64,000 nucleotides of DNA from Octopus sinensis (lineage: Eukaryota). Positions 14,006 to 26,746 of this stretch are shown here, one piece after another. The notes below the pieces were generated by a model. That model was not told where the DNA came from. It searched no databases and saw only the letters and a list, made by a program, of their open reading frames with translations. Position 1 is the first letter of the stretch. The number at the start of each line of letters is the position of its first letter. The DNA lies in assembly GCF_006345805.1 (NCBI RefSeq), contig NC_043008.1:18538001-18602000 (forward strand), given 5' to 3'. The translations under genes and the position numbers were made by a program.

Positions 14006-15247
14006 TTTGTGCCTATTTGTATTTTGAAGTCATAGAATGTGAAGACAAGTGGTTTATGGCTTGGATGGGAGGAACATGATCATACGACCGTGACTTTTCC
14101 TAGACTTTGTGGTGCATCGTGGCATTTATGATGACCTTATATTTCTAATTGCTTGAGTGTCCTCAACTGAAAATAAGTACCTACTTAGTGCTGAGGAATC
14201 GATTTTCCCTACAGATTTCACAGGAGAGGATTTTCTATATCCCTTCTTATCTACAGATTCACCAACAGCAATTTTCAGATGGTATCTTTCATGCTGCCAA
14301 GTCACCACAAACATCACTCTTGCTCCTGATGTTTCTAGGTCTTTTTGTTTTTACCAAAAACAAAACAAAAATGATTGCCAATAGAAACACAACGTGGCCG
14401 TGTATTCACGGTTCAACTATAGGTTAATAGGTTACCCGGGCTTTAATTAAATTCAATCGTCGAAGTAAAAATATCAAAGTCCCTTCAGTAAACCAACAAA
14501 CTTACACGTTTAAGATCTTCTGAGTAAAGTAGGTGAATAGTTTAAATCACATTATTATTCACTAAGGAAACAACTAGGGTCCTTTCTCTAACATTTAATA
14601 TAGTTCAAACTACACAACTTAATGTGTAAATAACAAAATAGGAATTTTGAAGGAAACTTCAATAAAACTAGTTTTTAAACATCGAATGACTAAGGGGGTT
14701 CACCAGAAAAAAATAGCAATAAAAAACGGGTCCATATACAAAAGATGGTTGAAAACACTTGCTCTATTTCCTACGGAGACAGTGCAGAGCACTAACTGTA
14801 GCAATCGTTGCATCACGTCATCAAAATATATATATCTAGTTTTAAGGCATTTGAGTTATAATAATATTATTTTCTTTTCTCACATTTAGTATTATATATA
14901 TATATATTAGGGCATTTCTATTTATTTTAAAATGCACTCACTTTCTTCTCAGTTTCCAACTCAACATGAAATTACATTAAAATTAATTGCTTCTGTGTAA
15001 CATTTTCTTAGTCTGTTGTTGTGTACAAATCGATCAAAAAGCCGAAGGAAAACATTTATATGAATATATGTAATCCTGCGTTGCTTAGATAACGTATTAA
15101 AGTTGTGTTGGATTCTACGATGTTACATGTTACTAACACATCAATATACTGATTACAGGGGAGATAATCTGAAGCAAAAGATATAACTGTGACTGTATAT
15201 ATATATATGTATGTGTGCATATATTAACTTTCATATGTATATATATA

Positions 15248-15752
15248 TACTAAGCAATAAAGGGTTTAGCAACGAATTGCCTTACCACATACCGAATTTA
15301 GAAATAGCAGTCAAAGAGTTATAGCTATTTCTTCTACTAAAAAGGGAGATCTCAGTAAAAACAGCAATGGGAAGGCAGACACAAACAGGTAAGAGAGAAT
15401 GAATTGACGGCAATCTATCATACATTTTTAAGTTATCTACGGACGTACGTTTCGAAATCAAGTTTTTAGGAAAGCATAAGAATTAAATATTAAATATTAA
15501 ATAATTCTATCTTACCGAAACTTCTTTTCTCTTCAGCGTAGAAGAAATAGCTATAACTTAGTAGAAGAAATAGCTATAACTCTTTGACTGCTATTTCTAA
15601 ATTCGGTATGTGGTAAGGCAATTCGTTGCTAAACCCTTTATTGCTTAGTATTACTTAAATTTTCCTCGAATGAGGCTTTTACATGCCGAAGACTACTTGG
15701 TGTAATTGATAATTATTCCAAATTAATTAATTTCACCCTTCATTATTACGGA
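15248..15752. mobile_element. Penelope-like non-autonomous insertion with a perfect 93-bp inverted repeat enclosing a hammerhead
   Basis: 15248-15340 is the exact reverse complement of 15558-15650. It is flanked by (TA)n. The 15558-15752 arm is homologous to 58556-58725. Confidence 0.8.
15436..15542 (-). ncRNA. Type I hammerhead ribozyme, consensus-intact
   Basis: Minus strand reads UCUACG-CUGAAGA-GAAA[..]UUUC-GAAA-CGUACG-UC/CGUAGA. Stem I is 6 bp; stem II is GAAA/UUUC extended by AAGUUU/AAACUU; stem III is the palindrome ACGUACGU. GUC cleavage falls between 15442 and 15441. Confidence 0.88.
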
Positions 15753-15934
15753 TATATATATATATATATATATATATGCATACAACCACACCCAATATAT
15801 ATATGCCTGTCCTGATATTAATGTATGATTTTATTAGCGTATGATTCATGTATATTACTATAAACCGTTAAATGTATGTGCGTATACAAACATATATAAG
15901 TATACATACACACACACACACACATATACATATA

Positions 15935-15976
<42 letters not shown>

Positions 15977-15984
15977 ATATATAT

Positions 15985-16216
15985 ATTTCTTTACTACCCA
16001 CAAGGGGCTAAACATAGAGGGGACAAACAAGGACAGACAAAGGGATTAAGTCGATTACATAGACCCCAGTGCGTAACTGGTACTTAATTTATCGACCCCG
16101 AAAGGATGAAAGGCAAAGTCGACCACGGCGGAATTTGAACTCGGAACGTAACGACAGACGAAATACTGCTACGAATTTCGCCCAGCGTGCTAACGTTTCT
16201 ACCAGCTCGCCGCCTT
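15985..16216 (-). mobile_element. SINE family A, full single unit
   Basis: Reverse complement of the family A consensus; lies head-to-head with the family B copy at 16239. Confidence 0.92.
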
Positions 16217-16238
16217 TTATATATATATATATATATAG

Positions 16239-16388
16239 GGCGCAAGAGTGGCTGTGTGGTAAGTAACTTGCTTACCAGGCACCTGGTTCCGGATTCAGTC
16301 CCATTGCGTGCCATTTTGGGCAAGTGTCTTCTACTATAGTCTCGGGCCGACCAAAGCCTCGTGAGTGGATTTTGTAGAGGGAAACTGA
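16239..16388 (+). mobile_element. SINE family B, 3'-truncated
   Basis: GGCGCAAGAGTGGCTGTGTGGTAAG...GGAAACTGA, running directly into the CAT repeat. Confidence 0.88.
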
Positions 16389-16820
16389 CATCATCATTAC
16401 CATCATCATCGTCGTCGTCGTCGTCGTCATCATCTATATCATGATCATCATCACCACCATCACCACCACAACCACTACGAGCGCTATCTGTATCCCCCAT
16501 TACTGCCACCTCCATCATCATCGTCGTTGTCGTCGTCATCACCATCGTCATCGTCATCACCATCATCATCATCATCATCATCATCGTCGTTGTCATCGTC
16601 ATCATCATCATCGTCATCGTCATCATCATCGTCCCCATCGTCATCGTCATCATCATCATCGTCATCAGCATCATCATCATCATCATCGTCACCATCGTCA
16701 TCATCATTATCGTCGTCATCATCATCATCATCATCGTCGTCATCATCATCATCGTCACCATCGTCATCGTCATCGTCATCATCATCATCATCATCATCGT
16801 CGTCATCATCATCATCGTTG

Positions 16821-16858
<38 letters not shown>

Positions 16859-16877
16859 GTCATCATCATCATCGTTG

Positions 16878-16909
<32 letters not shown>

Positions 16910-17000
16910 GTCATCATCATCATCGTCATCGTCATAATCATCGTCATCATCGTCGTCATCATCATCGTTGTCGTCGTTATCATCATCATCATCAGTATCA
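16389..17000. repeat. (CAT/CGT)n trinucleotide tract
   Basis: Direct reading; yields the poly-His, poly-Ser and poly-Met ORFs. Confidence 0.97.
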
Positions 17001-17329
17001 TTATCGTTATCTCTGTGTATCTCCGAAAGTTATTTCGCTTTCTTCCTGACTCGTTGTAGACATTTGTGTACTTTTGCCGTGTAGGTTCTGTATACGTTCT
17101 CCGCACAGAATGCTGCGTGTATTGTTGTTTCTTCTCTGTTTTACCATTATTAATGCCTTGGCCATCTCTTATATCGAGGATCGTGCTGTTTGCTGCCTGT
17201 AAATCATCCGTCATACTCAAAGACAGTCACGCACAGGTTTCCGCAGAATGGATGGCCTCACCCGAGTTTCATTGACACCGTCGATGACTCACGAAAGGGG
17301 GGAAAGAAAGAGAGTGGCAATGTTGATGT

Positions 17330-17500
17330 AGATTATGATGACGGCGACGATGATGATGAAGATGATGGTGGTGGTGGGGATGGTGGTGGGGATGGTGGTA
17401 GTGCTGGCGATGATAATGATGGTGGTGGTGGTGGTAGTGGTGGTGGTGGTGGTGGTGGTGGTGGTGGTGGTGGTGGTGGTGGTGGTGGTGGTGGTGGTGG

Positions 17501-17531
<31 letters not shown>

Positions 17532-18510
17532 GGTGGTGGTGGCGGTTCTGGTTATGATAATGATGGTGGTGGTGGTAGTGGTGGTGGTGGTGGTGCTGGT
17601 GGTTGTGGTGGCGGTTCTGGTGATGATAATGATGGTGGTGGTGGTAGTGGTGGTGGTGGTGGTGCTGGTGGTGGTGGTGGCGGTTCTGGCGATGATAATG
17701 CTGGTGGTGGTTGTGTTTTTAATGGTGGTGGTGGTGATGATAACGATGAGGATGGTAATGATGAGGATAATGGTGGTGGTGGAGTTGGTGGCGTTGGCGG
17801 CGTCAATGGTAGTGGTGATGATGGTGGTGTTGACTATGATGAAGACGGTGAGGAGGAGGAGGAGGAGGAGGAGCAGGGGGCAAGGTTAGAGGAGAAAATG
17901 ATGATAATGATAAGGATGAACATGATGACGATCATGACAATCATGATGATGGCCATGAGGAGGAGGAGAAAGGGAAGGATGACTATAATGATAATGGTGG
18001 TGTTGTTGGTGCTGGTGCTGGTGGTGTGGGTGGTGGTGGTGTGGGTGGTGATGATGTGGGTGGTGGTGATGGTGTGGGTGGTGGTGGTGATGATGTGGGT
18101 GGTAGTGATGGTGTGGGTGGTAGTGATGGTGTGGGTGGTGGTGATGGTGTGGGTGGTGGTGATGGTGTGGGTGGTGGTGGTGTTGTTGGTGCTGCTGGTG
18201 GTGGTGGTGGTGTGTGGGTGGTGATGGCGGTGTGGGTGGTGATGGCGGTGTGGGTGGTGATGATGTGGGTGGTGATGATGTATGTGGTGGTGATGGTGTG
18301 GGTGGTGGTGTTGTTGTGGTTGGTGATGGTGGTGGTGGTGTTGGTGCTGGTGGTGTTGTTGGTGCTGGTGGTGGTGTGGATGGTGGTGTGGATGGTGGTG
18401 TGGATGGTGGTGGTGGTGACGTCGGCGACGAGGATGATGATGTTGATGATGATGATGGGGATGATAATGACGATGATGATGATGGGAATGATGATGATGA
18501 AGTCGAGGAA
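17330..18510. repeat. (GGT/GAT/GAG)n low-complexity tract with 69-bp and 15-18-bp higher-order units
   Basis: GGCGGTTCTGG recurs at 17541, 17610 and 17679 (69-bp period). GTGTGGGTGGTGGTGATG units run through 18020-18310. Confidence 0.95.
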
Positions 18511-19032
18511 ATTGCGATACATGGACCTGGTAATAGCGGCTGTGGCTACGATGGAATGATGTTAGTGATGGTGGTTGTGCTTGCCGTAGTCATCGTCGTC
18601 GTAGAGCTTTCGCGGTGGTATTTATTGAATATGGTGTATCAGACAATGTAAGTGCTCCATGATAACAATTCAATAGAGTCACGTCAATGGAGTCAACAGT
18701 TTGTCACACTATCAAGTTTTCTCTTCACCTGTCATAACCTAAAACCGGTGTCAGTTACGCTGCTTTCATAAATGAAATAAAACCTTTTTCAAACAAACTG
18801 AATCACCAAGATATAAGTATGTCACATAAGTATGTTGTAAAATGTAGATATTCTTTGTGTATTCAATGAGAAACCAAGATATTCGTCCCCTCAGTCTGTA
18901 GAAATTATACGTAACCTTGCTGGTGTAGAATAATGTAACGGAGGCGGAGTCAAATCTGTGAGATAGCTACTAAATCCGGTGAGTATATGTGTGTCTAGAC
19001 ACACGCATATGTCTATATATATATGTATGTAC

Positions 19033-19087
<55 letters not shown>

Positions 19088-19270
19088 TGCCAGTTCAGCG
19101 ATGCGAATAGGAACAATGGACTCAAAGCACGAGTAACACACAAGCAACGGAGTGACTCAATGGTCGAGAGTTTAGTGAAGATAGAACTTATCAAGCTTCT
19201 GAAAAATATTATCGCACGAAACTGTCGCACCTATACATACATACATAAATGCATACATAGATGTGAGTGC

Positions 19271-19299
<29 letters not shown>

Positions 19300-19304
<5 letters not shown>

Positions 19305-19740
19305 TTTTTTTTATTCAAGAGGAGGCAATGCGAGCAACAACCACAGGAACATCACAAAATTCAAAGGTAGACCAAACACATACAAATCTTATATACTAAT
19401 TTATATCTAAACAGTCACCTTTTGTTTGTATTTGTAACTGTGTAACATTTCTCCGTTTTTACCGTCCTTAGTTTCGTATACGTTCACTTGTTTCCTTCCA
19501 AAGAATCTAGTGCTCTTGGCTTTGAATTCCTTGGGCCCGTCCAGATAAGAGCAGTCTCAAGATTTATCGGCCGAAACTGCAAAGAAAATCTGCTTCTCGA
19601 CTGAAGATTGAAAGCTCATAATGACCCGTCCTTGTTTTTTTACCTGTCCTTTTTTGTATCATCTGACTGTTCGAATGTTTTCTTGTCAATTGTTACGTTC
19701 TTGTTCCATTTTTTTTTGTTTTGATTATTTATATATACAT
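19300..19740 (+). mobile_element. Penelope-like terminal-repeat fragment (same family as 50296-50425 on the minus strand)
   Basis: Shares CTCGACTGAAGA..GAAAGCTC..ATGACCCGTCCTTGTTTT..GTTCTTGT with 50296-50425; bounded by TA tracts. Confidence 0.5.
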
Positions 19741-19924
19741 ATAGCAGCGTGCGTACACGTTTAGTCATGGTCCCATCCTAAATCGGTAATTTCTTGAGGA
19801 TGGTTTCATAAATTCGAAATTGTGAATGCAAGGTAAGTCTACATCAATTCAGGTATTTGTTTACTTGTGATTTACCTTGCATTTATTTCGCATACTTCTG
19901 CCCTTACCCACGATCCTTTATGCA

Positions 19925-19959
<35 letters not shown>

Positions 19960-20635
19960 TGTATGTATGTATGTATGTGATTGTGTGTATATATGTGTGT
20001 ATGGGTGTGTGTACAAAAGTTACTTTTAACCCTGTGTGTACAGTTTACAGTATAAATATTAAATAATTTCCTTGATATCTTCTAAATTGAAGGATAACAT
20101 TAATATAAAAAATGTTATTAAAACCAGTAAGGTGTATTTATATTTTAACAAATTATAATATTGCTGTAAAAGAAAAGTTATATTTCAAGTACAATGGAAA
20201 AACTATCATTTTGAATGTTTCCAGTTTTTAAAGCGAAAGATGTTTACACTTATGATCTTCCTTACTTAAAATTCTCAATGTTTTCAAGACAGCAAGAGTT
20301 TTAAAAAAATTCAAGAAGCATCACACTTTCTCATTGTTATGTATGAGGTTTAGTCGAACTCAATTAAGCTACTGTATTGAGAAAATAGTTATCTGGACTG
20401 AAGTGAAGCAACTCCAAAATATGAAATACAGCAAATTAAAATGACATGACAAGCTGGATGGAGCATATCGAGTAAAAAAGCTTTGAAACGAAAAAACATT
20501 AGCAACATTGACGAGGAAACTAGTTCGGCTAAACCATATACAATGATTAAAATATTACCTAATACCGACAAGAAACATTGTATTTATTATTTATTTATTA
20601 TTGATGTAAAGAGAAACAATTTATACACAAAACTT

Positions 20636-23205
20636 TTAGTGACTAACTTGGTGTTTTTGTACTTTTTGGCAAGTTTTCCAATATTTACAAGTTTACTTAT
20701 AATTGTCTTCTAGATAGATGTCGGTTAATCGTCTTCGTCTATTTTCATTATATTAAAATGTTGTTGGCATTTATGCGTACTTCGAAACATGTGGATATGT
20801 CTTTCAGCGAAGCGCCCTAAATTGAAGCAGTTTTCTACAAGGAATCTATAAAACTGTAATAAGCATTTGTTCTTAAATTTTCGCTGAAGATATCCATCAT
20901 TTTTTTCCATTTGCAGTTCCGATTGGGTATATATACTTTACCATAGGTATTTGGTTAACAATCTAATCTTCTCTAGCAATGAAATCCTAAAATCTGGTTT
21001 TCAGTTCGTTTTTCGATGCATTGAAATGACGTCACAAATCGAGGTATCATTTTTTCAGGTTGCGAAAAACTTATAGTATACTAGCAGTATCGCCCGGCGT
21101 TGCTCGGGTTTGTAAGAGGAATAACTATATTAGCATTTTTAGAGAGTTATAGCCAAAAAATAGCAAAGAAATGCATTAACAATGGAAAAAAAATGATGGT
21201 AAATTTTTTTTTAATCGTTGACTCATCGTAGACATTTTTAGAGAGTTACTTCCCTTATATAATAGCGGATAAAATGCATTAAAATGGAAAAAATGATGGT
21301 AAATTTTTTTTAAATCGTAGACTCATCGTAGACGCGCGCTAATACCCAGAAGGGCTCGATATGAATCACGACTATAAGATACCCGGTTTTGGTTAAACTG
21401 CACCGCAAAATGTGGGAGTAGTTAGGAATCTAAATCGTAGGAGACAGACACACAACCTTACTTTCATATATAAAGATTTCTAAACAGGTTTATATTTTTA
21501 ATGTGAGGCTATAAAACCACTGAAGCATTTTCTCTTAATTCAGCTAAGGAATTGCATAGGAGTAAGCCAGACTAATCAGGTTATTGTTTCTCGAAACACT
21601 CTTTAAACCGGTAATGAATGGTTAAGTGCTCAGATTTTATAAAATTTATAGTTGAAGCAAGAACATGAATAACAACATAAACTTTTTACAGACTTTATAC
21701 GCAAAAATCTTGATGAACCATTTCAATTAATTTTTGCATAATCATTCTTACCTAAATTCAAATAAATAATTTTGTCCTTTAATTTAAATCGAAAGCTTAC
21801 ATGAGGTCCGACCATTGCCAGGTACTCGGCTGCAGCACCATGGATGAAAATTTGAAACCACCGATTGAACTACGCTGTTGGAATTTTCACTCCCTGATCC
21901 TCATCAATGTTAGATCCCGCAACGGTACTTTTCATTGTCTTAACCGAAAGATTAAGTGATATTAAACCATATATGAATACCACGTATGAAAATTGCCAGC
22001 TGAACAGAATTGAGGATATCTGTACTTTCGTTGATAACCATTTAAAAAAAAAAAATTCCTTCTGACAGTGAGCCCCAATATCTGCCGCAGTTTCTTCAAT
22101 CCATCGTGTTATTATCCTGCGAGATAAGCTAATCTTGTCAAACATATTTAACCGTTCCGAGCATAAATGCTCAACAACTGACAAGAGAGTTCTTTCACAA
22201 ATTCACCATCGGCATAATTTTCTGAATGTTTTGCAACTTTTTCGCTAAAAAAATAGCTGACATGCACACTTTCTTCAAGTTCTGTCTGCATTATAGAAAT
22301 AAGTGTAGTTATACAACTGATCTGTTTCTTTGGAACTAGAATGTTTAGTTTTCGAATAGCCCCGCATGTTTTGAAGTGTAGTGATATATTATTCTTTAAA
22401 AGCAGAGATATTTTTCAAACATTAAATGCACTGGTCTACATTTTTACTTGAACAAAGTAGTTATAATTTGTCCACTATTTCTGACATTTTCTCGTTGCTT
22501 CGGAAATATTTCGTTCGTTTCATGCCGGGAGCTCGCATACCAAAAATTACAATTGATCTAATGTTCAGTTTCTGTTTCCGCCACTTAGAACGGCTTTGTG
22601 ATAATTCAGCGACTGTAACTAACTGTGCGTATCATGTGGAGTAGGTTTGCACTCTTGTACTTTAAAAATTGAACGTTTATAAATCTGGCATGACACAGTA
22701 ATTCGATAAGTTTGCGTATTAACAGTGACCGTTTGATCGGAACAAGTTATAATCGCTGAAGATAAAAAATAGAATTAAGCATTAAAAAGATAACTTTCAG
22801 TAGTTCTTGGCGTGGTCTGTGTAGAGATACCAAACAGAGGTTCTAGAATGTTTGAATAACTGCAAATTGACATAGGATACGATAAAAATTATACAGACAA
22901 CGACTACTAACGGTGAATATATTTTCTTACACGGATGACTGACGATGGGGAATATTTTTAATTTTCTGACAGGTGTACAAAAAGAACAAGCATTAATAAC
23001 TAAGGGAGATTAGTAGGACGGTCAACAGGTGTTCAGATTTGAAACTAATTTCCCTAAACGTATTTCAATGACACATAGTATGAGTAAGCACGTGAGAACA
23101 AAAGGGCACACACAATCATAAGAAATGTCTTTTTCCTCATGAAATTAGATGCGCCATTCAGAAAGCTGAAGGGATCGCATGCGACCAGTGGGTTGCGATC
23201 CACTG
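20636..23205 (-). mobile_element. Degenerate hAT (SPIN/GTF2IRD2/Charlie-like) DNA transposon with pseudogenised transposase
   Basis: Minus strand, in order: terminus-like CAGTGGATCGCAAC (23205-23192); a zinc-finger-like segment QCI*CLKNISAFKE..HYTSKH (~22450); LCSERLNMFDKISLSRRIITRWIEE (21870-22184 ORF); the hAT dimerisation motif FAERHIHMFRSTHKCQQHFNIMK (20725-20910 ORF); and a C-terminal HQVSH* ending at 20636. Confidence 0.85.
21081..21476 (-). mobile_element. Non-autonomous Helitron nested in the hAT transposase
   Basis: Minus strand: A|TCTTTATATAT...CCCGAGCAACGCCGGG hairpin...CTAG|T. This gives 5' TC, 3' CTAG, a subterminal hairpin and an A/T target, plus an internal ~95-bp tandem duplication. 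Confidence 0.88.
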
Positions 23206-23329
23206 CTATGGATTAATTTTCAAATATAATCATGGTAGAACAAAGTTTGAAAAGGTTATGCCTTTTGAATTCTATTTATGATGCACAGAAAAGAGACTAC
23301 GCAATCATTTTAACTCAATATCCTCTTCT

Positions 23330-23650
23330 TCTAGTCGATTAGATCGACCCCAGTACGCAACTGATATTAATTTATCGACCCCAAAAGGATGAAAGGCAGT
23401 GTCGACCTCGGAGGAATTTGAACTCAGAACATAAAGACAGACGAAATATCTATTTCTTTACTACCCACAAGGGGCTAAACACAGAGGGGACAAACAAGGA
23501 CAGACGAACGGATTAAGTCGATTATATCGACCCCAGTACGTAACTGGTGCTTAATTTATCGACACCGAAAGGATGAAAGTTAAAACCGACCTCGGCGAAA
23601 TTTAAACTCAGAACATAAAGACAGACGAAATACCTATTTCTTTACTACCC
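23330..23650 (-). mobile_element. SINE family A, headless tandem body units
   Basis: Two tandem body units joined by GACAGACGAAATATCTATTTCTTTAC. Confidence 0.88.
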
Positions 23651-23703
23651 ACTACATATATATATACATATATATATACATATATATATATATACACATA
23701 TAC

Positions 23704-23734
<31 letters not shown>

Positions 23735-23870
23735 CATGCATATACATATATATATACATATACATATATACATATACATATATACATATACATATATATA
23801 CATATACATATATATATATATACATATACATATATATACATATACATATATATACATATATGCACATACA
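23651..23870. repeat. (TA)/(TACA)n microsatellite
   Basis: Direct reading. Confidence 0.95.
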
Positions 23871-26138
23871 ATCGCGGTTATGTATGTGTTGCCTGGAATA
23901 GTATAAACGCATATTAATATTCATAGTCACAGAATTGTGAGCAGTGCGGATGAATACAATATTTGAGCTGGGATATCTTGGTCGATGGTTGAACAAAGAA
24001 AGAAAGTGATAAATAACTGCCTGTATGTAGTTCTTATATCAAAGGAATAAGACATAAGAATCTCGGGTTTTCATAGCATGGTCAGAAATCTCTGTAATAC
24101 AATTGTTAAATTATTAAATTGATTATCACTGCCATTGAATGGTTTCGTATCTGTGCTAATTTTAGCGCTTCGGAATCCATTAAGAGATGTTGTAAATAGT
24201 AGCTAGCTTTCTAGACGGAAATAGAGGTTCTCTGATCTGGGGCATTATTTGGTAATTCCGTATATTAGATAAAATCTCCTAGTTATCTGTGAAGCTAAGT
24301 ATTTAATCGTAAACAATCAGTTAATGAGCAAAAGCAGATGAAAATACACAATCGACAAGGAGAATCGCTTTAGGTGCGTACGATGATTAATTTATGGGAT
24401 TCTCTTGCAATGTTTCTAAAAATCCTTGCAGAACAGAATGTCTAAAATGTAATTACTTAAATCCGGTAAAGGGACCTAAGTATATTTAGATTCAGCAATT
24501 TCATTTTTTTTATATGTACTTTGTGTGAATAATGGTGATTTTCTAATAGATTTACTTTTTCCATCAAACTATTTTGATGGGTATTACTACGTTTGTGTAG
24601 CAGCTTTACTTTCGTATTACTAAGGGTTATTAATGAGATTTTAGTAACTGTATTCAGTGGAAATATAGCAAAAGGAAGAACAATAAGAAATATATAGTAA
24701 CAGAAAATAATTATAATCCTATCGATTTCTCAAATTAGCTCGGGCCATACATTTTCATAAGTGGAAAGCTGCTCGTTTATCGATTATATTTGGGTAGAGT
24801 TCTATTTTATGGACACATAGGAGGCGGAAAGTTGACATTAATCGCAAATGCTTTTGAACTCAGGATGTAAATATTACACGGAATTTGATCATGAACCTAA
24901 AAACTACCGCCTACAATCATTCTTTATACTATATACAAAATGTCTAAAAATTTAAGGAATGCGTTAGGGCGATTACATCGACCTCCATGTTCGACTGGTA
25001 TTTTATTTCAATTGCCTCGAAAAAATTAAAGCTATAGCCGAAAGAAACAGGATTTGAACTCTTAACGAAAAGACTGACAAAACGCTTCCAAGTATTTTCT
25101 CTGGCGTGCTAACCATTCTGCCGCCTTACTACTTCTAAAAATTATAATTATAATAAATTTCACATACTATGTATTTACGCATCTGTTGTAATCCTTTCTT
25201 TGGACAAACCTCCCTAACTACCTAAACTAAACTATAGAAATACTGTTACTGTATTTATTTGAGAAATGAGTCGACTTGTGACCCTAAGTTGAAATTAAGT
25301 TGCAATGAATCTGTGTAAGAGACAACGTCACAGATAGTACGACGTGAATTTTAACACTAAATAATTAATGACTTTAAATTAACAGATTTTGTGCGTTTAT
25401 GAATTGTTAGTATATATTTTACAGTTTATAGACATTTCCATATGTAATAATTTCAATATATGAAATATGAAATGCATCAGTATGCTAAAGTCAGGATTCG
25501 ACCAAGAAACTTCCTTCAACCGCCCACACACACACACAACTGTTCCACTTCGATTTCCTACGATGAGATTCGTGATATAAATAATACAATCTTACTCTCA
25601 CGCTACCGAAGCCTTAAAAATCATACATTGAAAAATCGTAACGTGACTCCTTTTTTTTTTTTTTTTGCAACCTATTTAATGTTACAAGAACTTCATGAGA
25701 AAATACGTTACAGAGAAGTCAAGAGAAAATATCTTACAAAAAAGTCATGTTAAAATACGCTTCGCGTTAGGCTGTTCCACATTGCGATGAAATTCTGTGG
25801 AAATAATCGCTTCCAAACCTTGGGGCATGTCAGTGCAATTAAAGTCAAAATATCTTAGTAACATGTAAGAAACAAAATACGTTAAGCATTGAAAGGAGAA
25901 AACATTTCGATTTTGAGTTCCTTTCCTGCGAAGTTTGATTTAATTCTCTGTATTGTAACAAATAGTTTTATATCTTGGAAAGGTCGTTAGCACGTCGGGC
26001 GAAATACTTAGATGTATTTTGTCCGTGTTTATGTTACACTGGGGTCGACTTTGCCTATCGTCCTTTTGGGGTTGATAAAAAATACCAGTCATACACTGGG
26101 GTCGATATAATCTCCCAAAATTTCAAGTGTTGCGCTTA

Positions 26139-26473
26139 TTTTATTTATGCGCCCTTTTCAAGCCTACCCAGGCTCATAGACCCGGTTTCCCGGTTTCTAT
26201 GACGTTTGTATTCCCCCCCCCCCGGCTGGACGGAACGCCAGTCCATCGTGACATTTGTCCATCGCAGCATTACTCTAGAAACAGGAAGAGAAAGTGAGAG
26301 AAAGTTGTGGCGAAAGAGTACAACAGGGGTCACCACCACCCCCTGCCGGAGCATCGTGGAGCTTTTAGGTGTTTTCGCTCAATAAACACACACAACGCGC
26401 GGTCTGAGAATCGAAACCTCGATCCTCCAACCGTGAGTTCGCTGCCCTAACCACTGGGCCATTGCGCCTCCAC
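26139..26473 (-). mobile_element. tRNA-derived SINE, head 1 plus tail X, with a 10-bp TSD
   Basis: Same head as 31223 (GGAGGCGCAATGGCCCAGTGGTTAGGGCAGCG). GTTGCGCTTA flanks it at 26129-26138 and 26474-26483. It is inserted at the 3' end of a family A fragment (25975-26138). Confidence 0.88.
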
Positions 26474-26520
26474 GTTGCGCTTACGGTAGAAAGGATATTT
26501 TGGAAAAGTCAAACTAAAAA

Positions 26521-26746
26521 GTGGGGGCTTGTGGTTCCGTGGCTAGGGTGTTGGGCTCATGATCGTAAGATTGTGGTTTCTATTCCTAACCCGGGCGACG
26601 CGTTGTGTTCTTGAGCAAAACACTTCAGTTTACGTTGCTCCAGTCCACTCAGCTGACAAAAATGAGTAACCCTGCGACGGACCGTTGTGTCATTCGGGTG
26701 GGGGGAATATATACGGCGCGGAAGCCGGGAAATCACCCCTATGAGT
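26521..26746 (+). mobile_element. CORE-type tRNA-derived SINE, head 2 plus tail X
   Basis: tRNA-like head followed by TTGAGCAAAACACTTCA..GTTGCTCCAGTCCACTCAGCTG..AAATGAGTAACCCTGCGACGG. Confidence 0.8.

Noticed and set aside
16084-17220. 378-aa poly-Met ORF and overlapping poly-His/poly-Ser ORFs
   Set aside because: A (CAT)n tract is stop-free by construction, and the C-terminus runs through SINE sequence.
19541-19635. Hammerhead-like CAGATAA..GGCCGAAACTGCA and CTGAAGA..GAAAGCTC motifs (also at 50360-50385, minus strand)
   Set aside because: The cores or stems are too broken to score; they may be ancestral remnants, but this is not supportable from two copies.
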